This document shows positions 55,626 through 64,000 of a DNA stretch of 64,000 nt, one piece after another. Origin of the DNA: Chitinophagales bacterium. Its GTDB lineage: Bacteria; Bacteroidota; Bacteroidia; Chitinophagales; UBA10324. Both the position numbers and the translations under genes were made by a program. The stretch lies in the NCBI GenBank assembly GCA_039810885.1, contig JBDHXV010000006.1, positions 12,455 to 76,454 on the forward strand, read 5' to 3'. The notes under the pieces are model-generated. The model ran no database searches. It was not told where the DNA came from and saw only the letters and a program-made list of their open reading frames with translations. How positions within the stretch are numbered: position 1 is the first letter of the stretch; each line of letters begins with the position of its first letter.

Positions 55626-57227
55626 TTGATTCAAAACCTCAATTTACGCTTACCGGCTGCATGCTTCGCAGATTCAAAAGCATGGAAAATGGCCTCTGCA
55701 AGTCACCTGGGAGTGAGTGAGTCGCGTATCGAGCACATTAAACTTTTAAGACGTTCTATCGATGCACGCAAGAAAAATATTTTAGTCAACCTGACTCTTG
55801 AAGTATATGTTGACGAACCTCGGCAGGTTGAACTGAAAAAAGTAACTCAATATCAGCCTCTGATACGAGGCAAATCAGTAATTATTATAGGAGCAGGGCC
55901 GGCAGGACTGTTTGCTGCGCTGCGCTTGCTCGAATCGGGTATCAAGCCCATCATTTTGGAGCGAGGGAAAAACATTCGTGAACGACGACGAGACTTAGCC
56001 GCAATAAACAAGGAGCATATCGTTAACCCTAATTCCAATTATTGTTTTGGTGAGGGCGGGGCAGGAACTTACAGCGATGGCAAGCTCTACACGCGAAGCG
56101 ATAAACGTGGCAATATCCGTGAGGCACTAAACACCTTTGTCGAATTTGGAGCAGATGAAAATATTCTTGTAGATACCCATCCGCACATCGGCACCAACAA
56201 ATTGCCACACATTATTCAGGCAATGCGAAATAAGATTCTGGAACTTGGCGGTGAAATATATTTCAACACGTGTGTTACAGATATCATCTGCACTCACACG
56301 CATTTGACTTCGGTATTGGCGCGTGAGCTAAACCCTTCGGGCATGGAAAGCACGCCTTCACTTGAGTTTAAAGCCGATGCCTATATCGCGGCCACAGGCC
56401 ACTCTGCTCGCGATATCTATCGAATTTTACACAAGCACCATTTGGCGCTCGAAGCGAAAGACTTCGCAGTAGGAGTTCGGGTAGAGCATCCTCAATCCTT
56501 AATTGATAGTATTCAATATCATTGTTACAATGAAAATGAATGGGAGCGTATTCGCGAATATCTGCCTCCGGCTTCATATAGTTTAGTAACTCAAATCCAG
56601 GGGCGTGGTGTTTACTCATTCTGCATGTGCCCGGGCGGAATAATTGCTCCATGTGCCACGTTGCAAAACCAAGTAGTTACCAACGGATGGTCGCCTAGTA
56701 AGCGGAACAACCCGTTTGCTAACAGTGGAATTATAGTTAGCATTCAGCAAGAAGAGTTAAAGCAGTACAGCAAACATGGAGTTTTTGCCGGGGTAGCTTT
56801 GCAGGAGGATTTAGAATACATAGCTTGGCACGGCGGTGGTCAACGGCAATCGGCTCCGGCTCAACGCTTAACCGACTTTGTTCAAGGACTTTATTCTCAG
56901 TCTCTGCCCAAGTGCTCCTATCAACCGGGCGTTACGTCAAATATTATTTCTGAGTTACTCCCTAAATCCATAGCAAAACGCTTACAGCACGGCTTTCTTG
57001 AATTTGGAAAAAAAATGAGAGGTTATTTGACGAGCGAAGCCATAATTGTTGGCTTTGAAACACGCACCTCGTCACCCATTCGCATACCGCGCAACGATAA
57101 CTTACAGCACACTCAGATAGAAAATCTCTATCCTTGTGCCGAAGGTGCAGGATATGCCGGCGGTATCATTAGTGCAGCTATTGATGGAAGAAAAGTTGCA
57201 GATGCTGCTGTAAATAAATTAATATAA
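55626..57227 (+). CDS. FAD-dependent oxidoreductase (COG2509-type NAD(FAD)-utilizing dehydrogenase)
   Basis: TTG start. The dinucleotide fold is VIIIGAGPAGLFAALRL. GEGGAGTYSDGKL and the C-terminal AEGAGYAGGI motif are typical of this family. Confidence 0.8.
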   Translation: MIQNLNLRLPAACFADSKAWKMASASHLGVSESRIEHIKLLRRSIDARKKNILVNLTLEVYVDEPRQVELKKVTQYQPLIRGKSVIIIGAGPAGLFAALRLLESGIKPIILERGKNIRERRRDLAAINKEHIVNPNSNYCFGEGGAGTYSDGKLYTRSDKRGNIREALNTFVEFGADENILVDTHPHIGTNKLPHIIQAMRNKILELGGEIYFNTCVTDIICTHTHLTSVLARELNPSGMESTPSLEFKADAYIAATGHSARDIYRILHKHHLALEAKDFAVGVRVEHPQSLIDSIQYHCYNENEWERIREYLPPASYSLVTQIQGRGVYSFCMCPGGIIAPCATLQNQVVTNGWSPSKRNNPFANSGIIVSIQQEELKQYSKHGVFAGVALQEDLEYIAWHGGGQRQSAPAQRLTDFVQGLYSQSLPKCSYQPGVTSNIISELLPKSIAKRLQHGFLEFGKKMRGYLTSEAIIVGFETRTSSPIRIPRNDNLQHTQIENLYPCAEGAGYAGGIISAAIDGRKVADAAVNKLI

Positions 57228-57228
57228 A

Positions 57229-57258
57229 AAAGGGACTTTCGAAATACGAAGCCCCTTT
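57229..57258. terminator. imperfect hairpin, possible bidirectional terminator
   Basis: aaagggactttcg / cgaagccccttt form a stem with one mismatch and one bulge and an AAATA loop. A T-run follows on the minus strand (cccttttttatat) and a weaker one on the plus strand. Confidence 0.45.
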
Positions 57259-57316
57259 AATCATCAGTAAATGAAAACGTGTTATGAACTGATGACCGTA
57301 TTATAATATATCTCAA

Positions 57317-57580
57317 TTAACGTCCTCTCAAACTATCGTCCTTGATTTGATGAAAGCACTTTACGGCACTAAACCCATTCGTAGAGTAATCATAATCGTA
57401 TCCGCTCAATTGTTTGAATATGTTGTAAATAATATCAGAATACTTTATCGAGTTAAATATTTGTACAATAACGCGCTCGGACCTGTTGGAGCAGTGCTTT
57501 GAAGTTTTAGCCGTATAAATTGTTTCGAGTGTTGAAGTCATATCTCTCTGAACGGCGAGAGGTCGTTTCCTGATTTTCAT
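57317..57580 (-). CDS. hypothetical small ORF (87 aa), possibly the 3' part of a frameshifted gene
   Basis: It overlaps the upstream 132-aa ORF by 74 nt in the +1 frame. I recognise no family. Confidence 0.3.
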   Translation of the reverse strand: MKIRKRPLAVQRDMTSTLETIYTAKTSKHCSNRSERVIVQIFNSIKYSDIIYNIFKQLSGYDYDYSTNGFSAVKCFHQIKDDSLRGR

Positions 57581-57905
57581 TCCCTATGATTTTATCGTCA
57601 GCCAACCAATCAGGCGGAGGTATGATGGATAGAACTTCTCCGTGTATATGTATATTGTCTCTAATATCACGGCGAATCAAAGTCTCTCCGCCCGTAGGTA
57701 GGGTTTGGGTGGATTGTTCAAAAAGGTTGGCTGAGCGATGAAAAATGCGGTTCGATAATTGGCGTTTGTCCATGCAGTTATCACCGATTGTATAAAAACT
57801 GGTAGCCAACATAATTAACAAAAAGGTAAAGAATACCACTTGGTTCAAACCGAAAGAAATTTTTACGTGTTCAAAAATAGAAATGTAACTTTTTATGCTC
57901 TGCAC
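57507..57905 (-). CDS. hypothetical membrane-anchored small protein (132 aa), possibly the 5' part of a frameshifted gene
   Basis: It has one hydrophobic segment (VVFFTFLLIMLATSFYTI) and is divergent from the sensor kinase gene. I recognise no family. Confidence 0.4.
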   Translation of the reverse strand: MQSIKSYISIFEHVKISFGLNQVVFFTFLLIMLATSFYTIGDNCMDKRQLSNRIFHRSANLFEQSTQTLPTGGETLIRRDIRDNIHIHGEVLSIIPPPDWLADDKIIGNENQETTSRRSERYDFNTRNNLYG

Positions 57906-57971
57906 CCTTTTATGGGGACAATAATTTGTTTTATGGATTTTTGCTAACTATTCAATTGCTTTATCAATACA

Positions 57972-60900
57972 ATGTGCCTAAAGTTGAAATATATTTTAAA
58001 CTTGTTTCTGTGTTGCAGTTTTATACAGAGTTTAAGTGCACAGAACAATTTTTTTAAAAATTATACCATCCAAGACGGCCTTTCACACAATCAGGTTAAC
58101 TGTATAGCGCAAGATAACTTTGGCTTCATGTGGTTTGGTACATCCGATGGATTGTGCCGTTACGATGGTAACACATTTATGAAGTTCAGACATAAAATGT
58201 TTGATACCACTTCAATATGCGGTAATCAAATTACGCGGATAATTAAGGCTGGCGATAATCATTTCTGGATTGCCGCTGCAGATGGAGGAGTTTGCTTATT
58301 TAATATTGTTAATTATAGGGTACAATCGTATCAAATAAAAGATTCATCGGGAAACATTATTAATCACATTCACGACATTGTTGTAGCTCCCGACGGAAAA
58401 GTATTCCTTACAGCGCTAGGGGCAGGGCTTTGGTGCAAACAAAAAAATGAGCAACAGTTTAAGAAAATGCATATCAGTATGCTCAGTGATTATCTTAACA
58501 TTTATGCGTTGCGAATTATAGAGAATAAATTATGGATTGCTCCAAGCGGATCGGGTCTTGCAACTATAAATCTTAATGACAACACGCTAACATATCTTTT
58601 TACAAAACCAGCTAATTTTCCCTATCCTGCACATACGATTAACATAATTTCACCCATTAACGATAATATCTATGCAGTAGGAGGATGGGATAATGCACTG
58701 CATCTTTTTAATCCTGTATCGAAAGAATTACAATCTTTTCCAATTAATAACTCAAATAGTATAGTCTATAATTCAGATGAGATATTAAGTATTGCTACTG
58801 TCGGTAATTCGCTTTGGTGTGGTAGCCGTTACAGCGGACTTCAAGTATTTGACTTAGAGAAAAAACAATTTACACAACCTGCTTTCATAGGAGTCGCAAA
58901 GTCTTTATCTTATGTTCCGATTTTGAGCGTGTATTGTGATTCAAAAGAACGCATTTGGATAGGCACAGCTAAGGGAGTCTTTCTTTATGATCCTTTATTA
59001 GATCAGTTTAACATACATGCTCTTCAAGATGAGATGAACTCTGCAGAGCGTGTAAATACGATACTGCGAAATCAAGACCGTACCATGTGGGTTGGCTCTA
59101 ATTACGGATTGTATTTATTAGATGAGCAGTATCGAGTTATTCGCAAGCAGCCATTACCGGACAAGGAAATGCAGCAGGTAACCGCCTTGTATCGCGACCA
59201 TCGCAATAACTTATATGTAGGTACTTCTAAGTCAATATATGTGTTAAGAAATAACAATATGTGGGCGCATATCAAAGAGCAACAAGATATCGCAGACTCA
59301 ATAGGTATAGGGAAGATTATTTCCTCGCGCGTACAAGATTTTATCGAAACTGTTTTTGGAGATGATACCGTTTTGCTTGCATCGGTTTATGGCTATTCTA
59401 TACAAATGATTAACCCTAAAACGATGATCTCCCGTGCTGTATGGCTTTACGCAGATAATCATTTTGAAAATTTAATTAGAAAGCTTTATCGTGATGATAA
59501 CGGCAATCTCTATGCTTGCGGAGCTAGTTTAGGACTCTTAACAGATCTGCGTTGGGCTTCTTCCGATACGACTGTACAATTGCCAATAAACACTGCTGAC
59601 TTACAGCACTACAAAGGAAGATTACTGCTTAAAGCCCAACGCCTGCATTTGAATGGCACCATCCTCACCGATGTTTTTGATTTTTACAAAAGAGAAAATA
59701 TTGATTATGTTTCGATCGTTGCACAAGGAATATATTTTAATCAAGGACAACAATGGCTCAATGCTCAGACTATAACTCACTCCGATAGATTTGGCAATCA
59801 AGGAATGTTCGTTGCAGCAAACGGTAATTTATTCTCGGTTGTATCTGGTGCAATAGAGTATTACTCCCTTAAAGACAAGTACTATACTCGCTTTGATGAA
59901 AATGACGGTATTCCTTCAGACGGGGTACATAGCTATTTTTCATCTGGCTTTAACGGTGATATTCTTGTGCCGGGCTATGGCTATTTTGTTTCATTCAATC
60001 CTTCAACATTAGTGTTAAACAGCCCAATCGTGCCGCTATACTGCACTCAAATAAAAAGCAATACGTTGAATTCGGACACACTTCAACTACATCCTAAGGT
60101 AGTATTGCATGCGGAAGATGAATATGTGCAGATCTCCTTTGCCGCACTTGATTATACTTCAGCACCCCGTAGTCTCTACGAATATTATTTGGAGGGCTTC
60201 GATAATAATTGGATTTCAAACGGGACCAATTCAACGATTAGTTTTATACAACCGGTGGCAGGAACATATAACTTACATGTACGGGCATTAAACACTTACG
60301 GAAAAAAAATTACAGATGAGTTAATAATCCCCTTCATTGTCATTGCTCCGTGGTATGCACAACCATGGTTTTATATTTCCATACTCATTCTATTAGCAGG
60401 TTTAGGCTATGGATTTTACCGCTTCCGTATAAACTATTGGAAGCGACTCCATCGAATGCGATTGCATATAGCTCGAGATTTGCACGATGATGTCGGAAGT
60501 GCCTTAGGCAGTATTTCCTTTTTTACCGAAGCGGCAATAATGCAACTACGAGATTCCAAAAATAATGATGCACTACAAACCATTGAGCAAATCGGAGATA
60601 CCTCTCGTGAAACAATTGAAAGCATTAAAGATATTGTGTGGACGGTTAATCCTGTAAATGACTCCGTGTCGCATTTAGTAGAACGCATATATAATTACTT
60701 AGCAGACACTTGTGCCAATCAAAAAATTAAATATCAATTTAACTCTGAGGCACTTTCGCATAATTTAAAACTAACATTGGAAGAACGACGTAACATCTAC
60801 CTCATTTTTAAAGAAGCTATTTACAATGCAATAAAATATAGTGGAACCGAACTTATAGACGTAATTATGGAATCTACTAATGAGTATCGCCTTCAAATGA

Positions 60901-61046
60901 TTACTCGTGATTATGGCAACGGACTCCCGGAGAATATAACGAATGGGAACGGCTTACAAAACATGAAACGGCGCTCTGAAGAAATGCATGCTAAAATATT
61001 ATTTCATTCGGATAATGGGTTAACTATAACGTTACAATTGAAATGA
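57972..61046 (+). CDS. sensor histidine kinase with periplasmic two-component-regulator propeller repeats, Y_Y_Y domain, HisKA_3 and HATPase_c
   Basis: A signal peptide is followed by repeated propeller motifs (DNFGFMWFGTSDGLCRYDG, RIWIGTAKGVFLYD, TMWVGSNYGLYLLD). Then come the Y_Y_Y region (LYEYYLEGFDNNW...GTYNLHVRA), a TM helix, the H-box RLHIARDLHDDVGSAL and N/G boxes. Confidence 0.88.
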   Translation: MCLKLKYILNLFLCCSFIQSLSAQNNFFKNYTIQDGLSHNQVNCIAQDNFGFMWFGTSDGLCRYDGNTFMKFRHKMFDTTSICGNQITRIIKAGDNHFWIAAADGGVCLFNIVNYRVQSYQIKDSSGNIINHIHDIVVAPDGKVFLTALGAGLWCKQKNEQQFKKMHISMLSDYLNIYALRIIENKLWIAPSGSGLATINLNDNTLTYLFTKPANFPYPAHTINIISPINDNIYAVGGWDNALHLFNPVSKELQSFPINNSNSIVYNSDEILSIATVGNSLWCGSRYSGLQVFDLEKKQFTQPAFIGVAKSLSYVPILSVYCDSKERIWIGTAKGVFLYDPLLDQFNIHALQDEMNSAERVNTILRNQDRTMWVGSNYGLYLLDEQYRVIRKQPLPDKEMQQVTALYRDHRNNLYVGTSKSIYVLRNNNMWAHIKEQQDIADSIGIGKIISSRVQDFIETVFGDDTVLLASVYGYSIQMINPKTMISRAVWLYADNHFENLIRKLYRDDNGNLYACGASLGLLTDLRWASSDTTVQLPINTADLQHYKGRLLLKAQRLHLNGTILTDVFDFYKRENIDYVSIVAQGIYFNQGQQWLNAQTITHSDRFGNQGMFVAANGNLFSVVSGAIEYYSLKDKYYTRFDENDGIPSDGVHSYFSSGFNGDILVPGYGYFVSFNPSTLVLNSPIVPLYCTQIKSNTLNSDTLQLHPKVVLHAEDEYVQISFAALDYTSAPRSLYEYYLEGFDNNWISNGTNSTISFIQPVAGTYNLHVRALNTYGKKITDELIIPFIVIAPWYAQPWFYISILILLAGLGYGFYRFRINYWKRLHRMRLHIARDLHDDVGSALGSISFFTEAAIMQLRDSKNNDALQTIEQIGDTSRETIESIKDIVWTVNPVNDSVSHLVERIYNYLADTCANQKIKYQFNSEALSHNLKLTLEERRNIYLIFKEAIYNAIKYSGTELIDVIMESTNEYRLQMITRDYGNGLPENITNGNGLQNMKRRSEEMHAKILFHSDNGLTITLQLK

Positions 61047-61681
61047 GAGAAAAATACAAAGTCGTCTTGTTTGACGACAACAAACACATTCGAGATAGCA
61101 TTAAGCTACTCTTAGACAGCAGCTCTGATTTTACCCTAATCGAATCTTTTTCTAATGCAAAAGATGCAGCTAAACATCTTAGAAAATTGGAGCCCGACTT
61201 GGTGCTTATGGATATTAACATGCCTGAGGTGAATGGGATAGAAGCCATTTTTTCCATTCGCATGAACAACATTCACATTCCAACGATTATGCTGACAGTG
61301 TTCGACGATATAGATCAAGTGTTTCAGTCTCTTAAAAGTGGAGCTTTCGGTTATCTGTTGAAAGATACACCGCCTGATAAGTTACTCGACTCTTTGCGTG
61401 AAGTTATGGAGGGTGGCGCCCCGATGACACCATCTATTGCTCGTAAGATGCTATTGCACTATCAAACTCAAATGAAAATACCCGAAGACTATAATCTATC
61501 CGGTAGAGAAAAAGAAGTATTGAAATTATTAGTTAAAGGAATGAGTTACAAAATGATTGCTGCTGAATTGGATATTGGCTTTGAGACAGTGCGCACGTAC
61601 ATAAAAAGAATTTATGACAAATTGCACGTGCAAACAATGACTGAGGCCGTTGCCAAAAGTATCAACGAGCGGATAGTTTAG
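61043..61681 (+). CDS. response regulator, NarL/LuxR family
   Basis: The REC domain is VVLFDDN...LVLMDINMP...LKD. The C-terminal LuxR HTH is LSGREKEVLKLLVKGMSYKMIAAELDIGFETVRTYIKRIYDKL. It overlaps the kinase gene by 4 nt. Confidence 0.92.
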   Translation: MREKYKVVLFDDNKHIRDSIKLLLDSSSDFTLIESFSNAKDAAKHLRKLEPDLVLMDINMPEVNGIEAIFSIRMNNIHIPTIMLTVFDDIDQVFQSLKSGAFGYLLKDTPPDKLLDSLREVMEGGAPMTPSIARKMLLHYQTQMKIPEDYNLSGREKEVLKLLVKGMSYKMIAAELDIGFETVRTYIKRIYDKLHVQTMTEAVAKSINERIV

Positions 61682-61729
61682 GCTAATTGCTCACCCGTTT
61701 ATCCTATATCTTTGCCGCTCTTTTTATTT

Positions 61730-63520
61730 ATGCAGCACATCAGAAACTTTTGCATCATAGCCCATATAGACCACGGAAAAAGCACGCTGGCAGACCGTTT
61801 GCTAGAATATACTAAGACGGTTAGCGCACGGCAAATGCAGGCACAGGTATTGGATAATATGGATTTGGAACGCGAGAAGGGAATTACCATTAAGAGCCAT
61901 GCCATACAGATGAAATACCTACAAAATGGCCAGGAGTATGTGCTCAATTTAATTGATACCCCGGGTCACGTGGACTTCAGCTATGAAGTGTCGCGAGCTA
62001 TTGCTTCGTGCGAAGGCGCTCTACTTTTGGTTGATGCCACACAAGGCATTCAGGCACAAACCATTTCCAACTTATATCTGGCCATGGATAATGGTTTGGA
62101 AATCATTCCGGTAGCCAACAAGATAGATATGGATGGCGCTATGATTGAAGAAACTAAAGATCAGATTGTTGACTTGGTTGGTTGCCGTCGCGAAGATGTT
62201 ATGTTGGCAAGCGGTAAAACGGGAATCGGTATAGGAGAAATATTAGAAGCAATAGTAGCCCGAATCCCTGCCCCCAAAGGGGACCCGACGGCACCCTTGC
62301 AGGCGCTCATTTTTGATTCTGTCTTCAACTCGTTTCGCGGCATTATTGCATACTTCCGCATTCTAAACGGCGAGATTCGTAAAGGAGATAAAGTTCGGTT
62401 TTTGGCAACCGGCAAAGATTATGTTGCCGATGAAGTAGGCGTGCTTTTACTTGATAAGTCGCCGCGTGAGATAATACGTACCGGCGATGTCGGATATATT
62501 ATTACCGGAATTAAGGATTCACGAGAAGTCAAAGTAGGAGATACCATTACGCTGGCTTCGAATCCCGCAACTGAGGCTATTAGAGGATTTGAAGAAGTTA
62601 AGCCTATGGTGTTTGCAGGCATTTATCCGGTAGATACCGATGATTATGAAGAATTACGCGAATCATTAGAGAAGTTAAAATTGAACGATGCCTCTCTTAC
62701 CTTTGAACCCGAAAGCTCAGCAGCCTTAGGATTCGGATTCCGTTGTGGTTTTCTCGGTATGCTCCATCTGGAAATTATTCAAGAGCGTTTAGATAGAGAA
62801 TTTGATATGGCGGTGATTACCACTGTCCCTAACGTATCCTACTTTGCCTATCTGAATGATGGCTCCAAAATCCTAGTGAACAACCCCAGTGAGTTACCGG
62901 AGCCTACGACTCTGAATCGCGTAGAAGAACCGTGGATTAAGGCATCCACTATTTGCAAGCCCGACTTCATCGGCTCGATTATGAGCTTGTGCTTGAATAA
63001 ACGCGGTATATTGAAAAATCAAACTTATTTGACCCCAAACCGGGTAGAATTAATATTTGAAATGCCTCTTGCTGAAATTGTCTTTGATTTTTATGACAAG
63101 CTGAAATCTATTTCCAAAGGTTATGCTTCTTTTGATTATCACCCGTTAGATTATCGTGCCAGTGATTTGGTAAAAATTGATATCAAGTTGAATGGCGAAA
63201 ATGTTGATGCCCTCTCGGCACTTATTCATCGTGATCGCGCTTATGATTTTGGTAAAAAAATATGTGAGAAACTTAAGGAACTATTACCTCGTCAGCAATT
63301 TATGATTGCCATACAGGCAGCCATAGGAGCCAAAATTATTGCCCGCGAAACCATTAGTGCCATGCGTAAGGATGTTACAGCCAAATGCTATGGCGGAGAT
63401 ATTTCTCGCAAACGAAAACTTTTGGAAAAGCAGAAAAAAGGAAAGAAGCGCATGCGTCAGATAGGCTCCGTAGAAGTGCCGCAACAAGCTTTTTTAGCGG
63501 TCTTAAAACTTAACGACTAA
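61730..63520 (+). CDS. lepA: translation elongation factor 4
   Basis: ORF 61712..63520. The preferred start is ATG 61730 ([25 protein letters not shown]). The canonical DTPGHVDF and NKID motifs are present, with the LepA-specific C-terminal domain. Confidence 0.95.
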   Translation: MQHIRNFCIIAHIDHGKSTLADRLLEYTKTVSARQMQAQVLDNMDLEREKGITIKSHAIQMKYLQNGQEYVLNLIDTPGHVDFSYEVSRAIASCEGALLLVDATQGIQAQTISNLYLAMDNGLEIIPVANKIDMDGAMIEETKDQIVDLVGCRREDVMLASGKTGIGIGEILEAIVARIPAPKGDPTAPLQALIFDSVFNSFRGIIAYFRILNGEIRKGDKVRFLATGKDYVADEVGVLLLDKSPREIIRTGDVGYIITGIKDSREVKVGDTITLASNPATEAIRGFEEVKPMVFAGIYPVDTDDYEELRESLEKLKLNDASLTFEPESSAALGFGFRCGFLGMLHLEIIQERLDREFDMAVITTVPNVSYFAYLNDGSKILVNNPSELPEPTTLNRVEEPWIKASTICKPDFIGSIMSLCLNKRGILKNQTYLTPNRVELIFEMPLAEIVFDFYDKLKSISKGYASFDYHPLDYRASDLVKIDIKLNGENVDALSALIHRDRAYDFGKKICEKLKELLPRQQFMIAIQAAIGAKIIARETISAMRKDVTAKCYGGDISRKRKLLEKQKKGKKRMRQIGSVEVPQQAFLAVLKLND

Positions 63521-64000
63521 TTCTTTACAACCACAGCCATTTGAGAGAGTGTGCGATTAACCGCAATCCGGTAAGTCTTCTTTAAGACATCGTTAGTAAA
63601 ATCGTATATTTTATGCCAGCGTTTATCGTGCAAGGTATAGGCATAAATAGAGCCTTGGTAGGCAACCCAAACATCACCATATACTGTGGCACAAAAGTCG
63701 TCAACGCCATCAAACATTGTAGTTACTTGTTCTTCCTTTCCTTGTTCTATATCATACTTCATGAGGTAATTACTCCCTGGCTGATGTTTGATATAATAAA
63801 ATGCATTTTCTCCGGGTACTTTGTAAAATGAGGTGCCTACATTGTCTGCAATTGTTTTTACTTCTCCTGTTTTTATATTCAAACAAACCAACAACGACGT
63901 CTTCGTATCACGGCGTATGGCCAGATAATCATTTCCGATCCAGCAATAGTACCCCACATCGCTTATCCCGGGAGCTAATTTAACGGGAGTACGTGCATCA
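63517..64000 (-). CDS. hypothetical protein, C-terminal part (gene continues past the right window edge)
   Basis: The track lists 63517..63957 with a GTG start. My reading of the same frame stays open to position 64000 (...[25 protein letters not shown]...). The beta-strand-rich, propeller-like sequence belongs to no family I recognise. Confidence 0.6.
   Translation of the reverse strand, partial: DARTPVKLAPGISDVGYYCWIGNDYLAIRRDTKTSLLVCLNIKTGEVKTIADNVGTSFYKVPGENAFYYIKHQPGSNYLMKYDIEQGKEEQVTTMFDGVDDFCATVYGDVWVAYQGSIYAYTLHDKRWHKIYDFTNDVLKKTYRIAVNRTLSQMAVVVKN

Noticed and set aside
1-64000. CRISPR arrays, tRNA/rRNA genes, IS elements, prophage or defence-system genes
   Set aside because: All intergenic regions are under 750 bp and show no spacer-repeat periodicity or cloverleaf-like sequence. 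No ORF shows transposase, integrase, nuclease-helicase or other defence-type motifs that I can recognise.

Overview
This 64-kb window looks like a low-GC Bacteroidota chromosome. Supporting signs are several T9SS C-terminal sorting domains, SprB-type repeats, a PorW/SprE-like TPR protein, DUF4159, AT-rich start contexts without Shine-Dalgarno sequences, and TAnnTTTG-like -7 boxes. I support about 53 tightly packed protein-coding genes. Most are housekeeping: trpS, tyrS, rsmE, PBP1A, dnaB, ettA, ribBA, trmD, tpiA, prmA, lepA, thiolase, cystathionine beta-synthase and aspartokinase. I recognised no rRNA, tRNA, CRISPR array, transposase, integrase or phage gene. The accessory content that merits a second look is: (1) a seven-gene Wzx/Wzy-type polysaccharide operon (16.07-24.18 kb) with two PAPS-type sulfotransferases and a clan GH-A hydrolase, which predicts a sulfated surface glycan. 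(2) A 632-bp insertion between PBP1A and a convergent dipeptidase gene, bounded by 96-bp direct repeats that duplicate the PBP1A 3' end. It carries one compositionally foreign 101-aa ORF and no recombinase. (3) An EF-G paralog lacking the catalytic His. (4) Tandem SprB-repeat/FN3/T9SS surface-protein paralogs. (5) A signal-peptide-plus-CTD-only mini-ORF coupled to a T9SS amylase. (6) A 1482-aa secreted protein with no recognisable family. (7) Two overlapping small ORFs, possibly one frameshifted gene, next to a Y_Y_Y sensor kinase/LuxR pair. None of these is proven novel from sequence alone. All family assignments come from motif recognition by eye and need HMM or BLAST confirmation.
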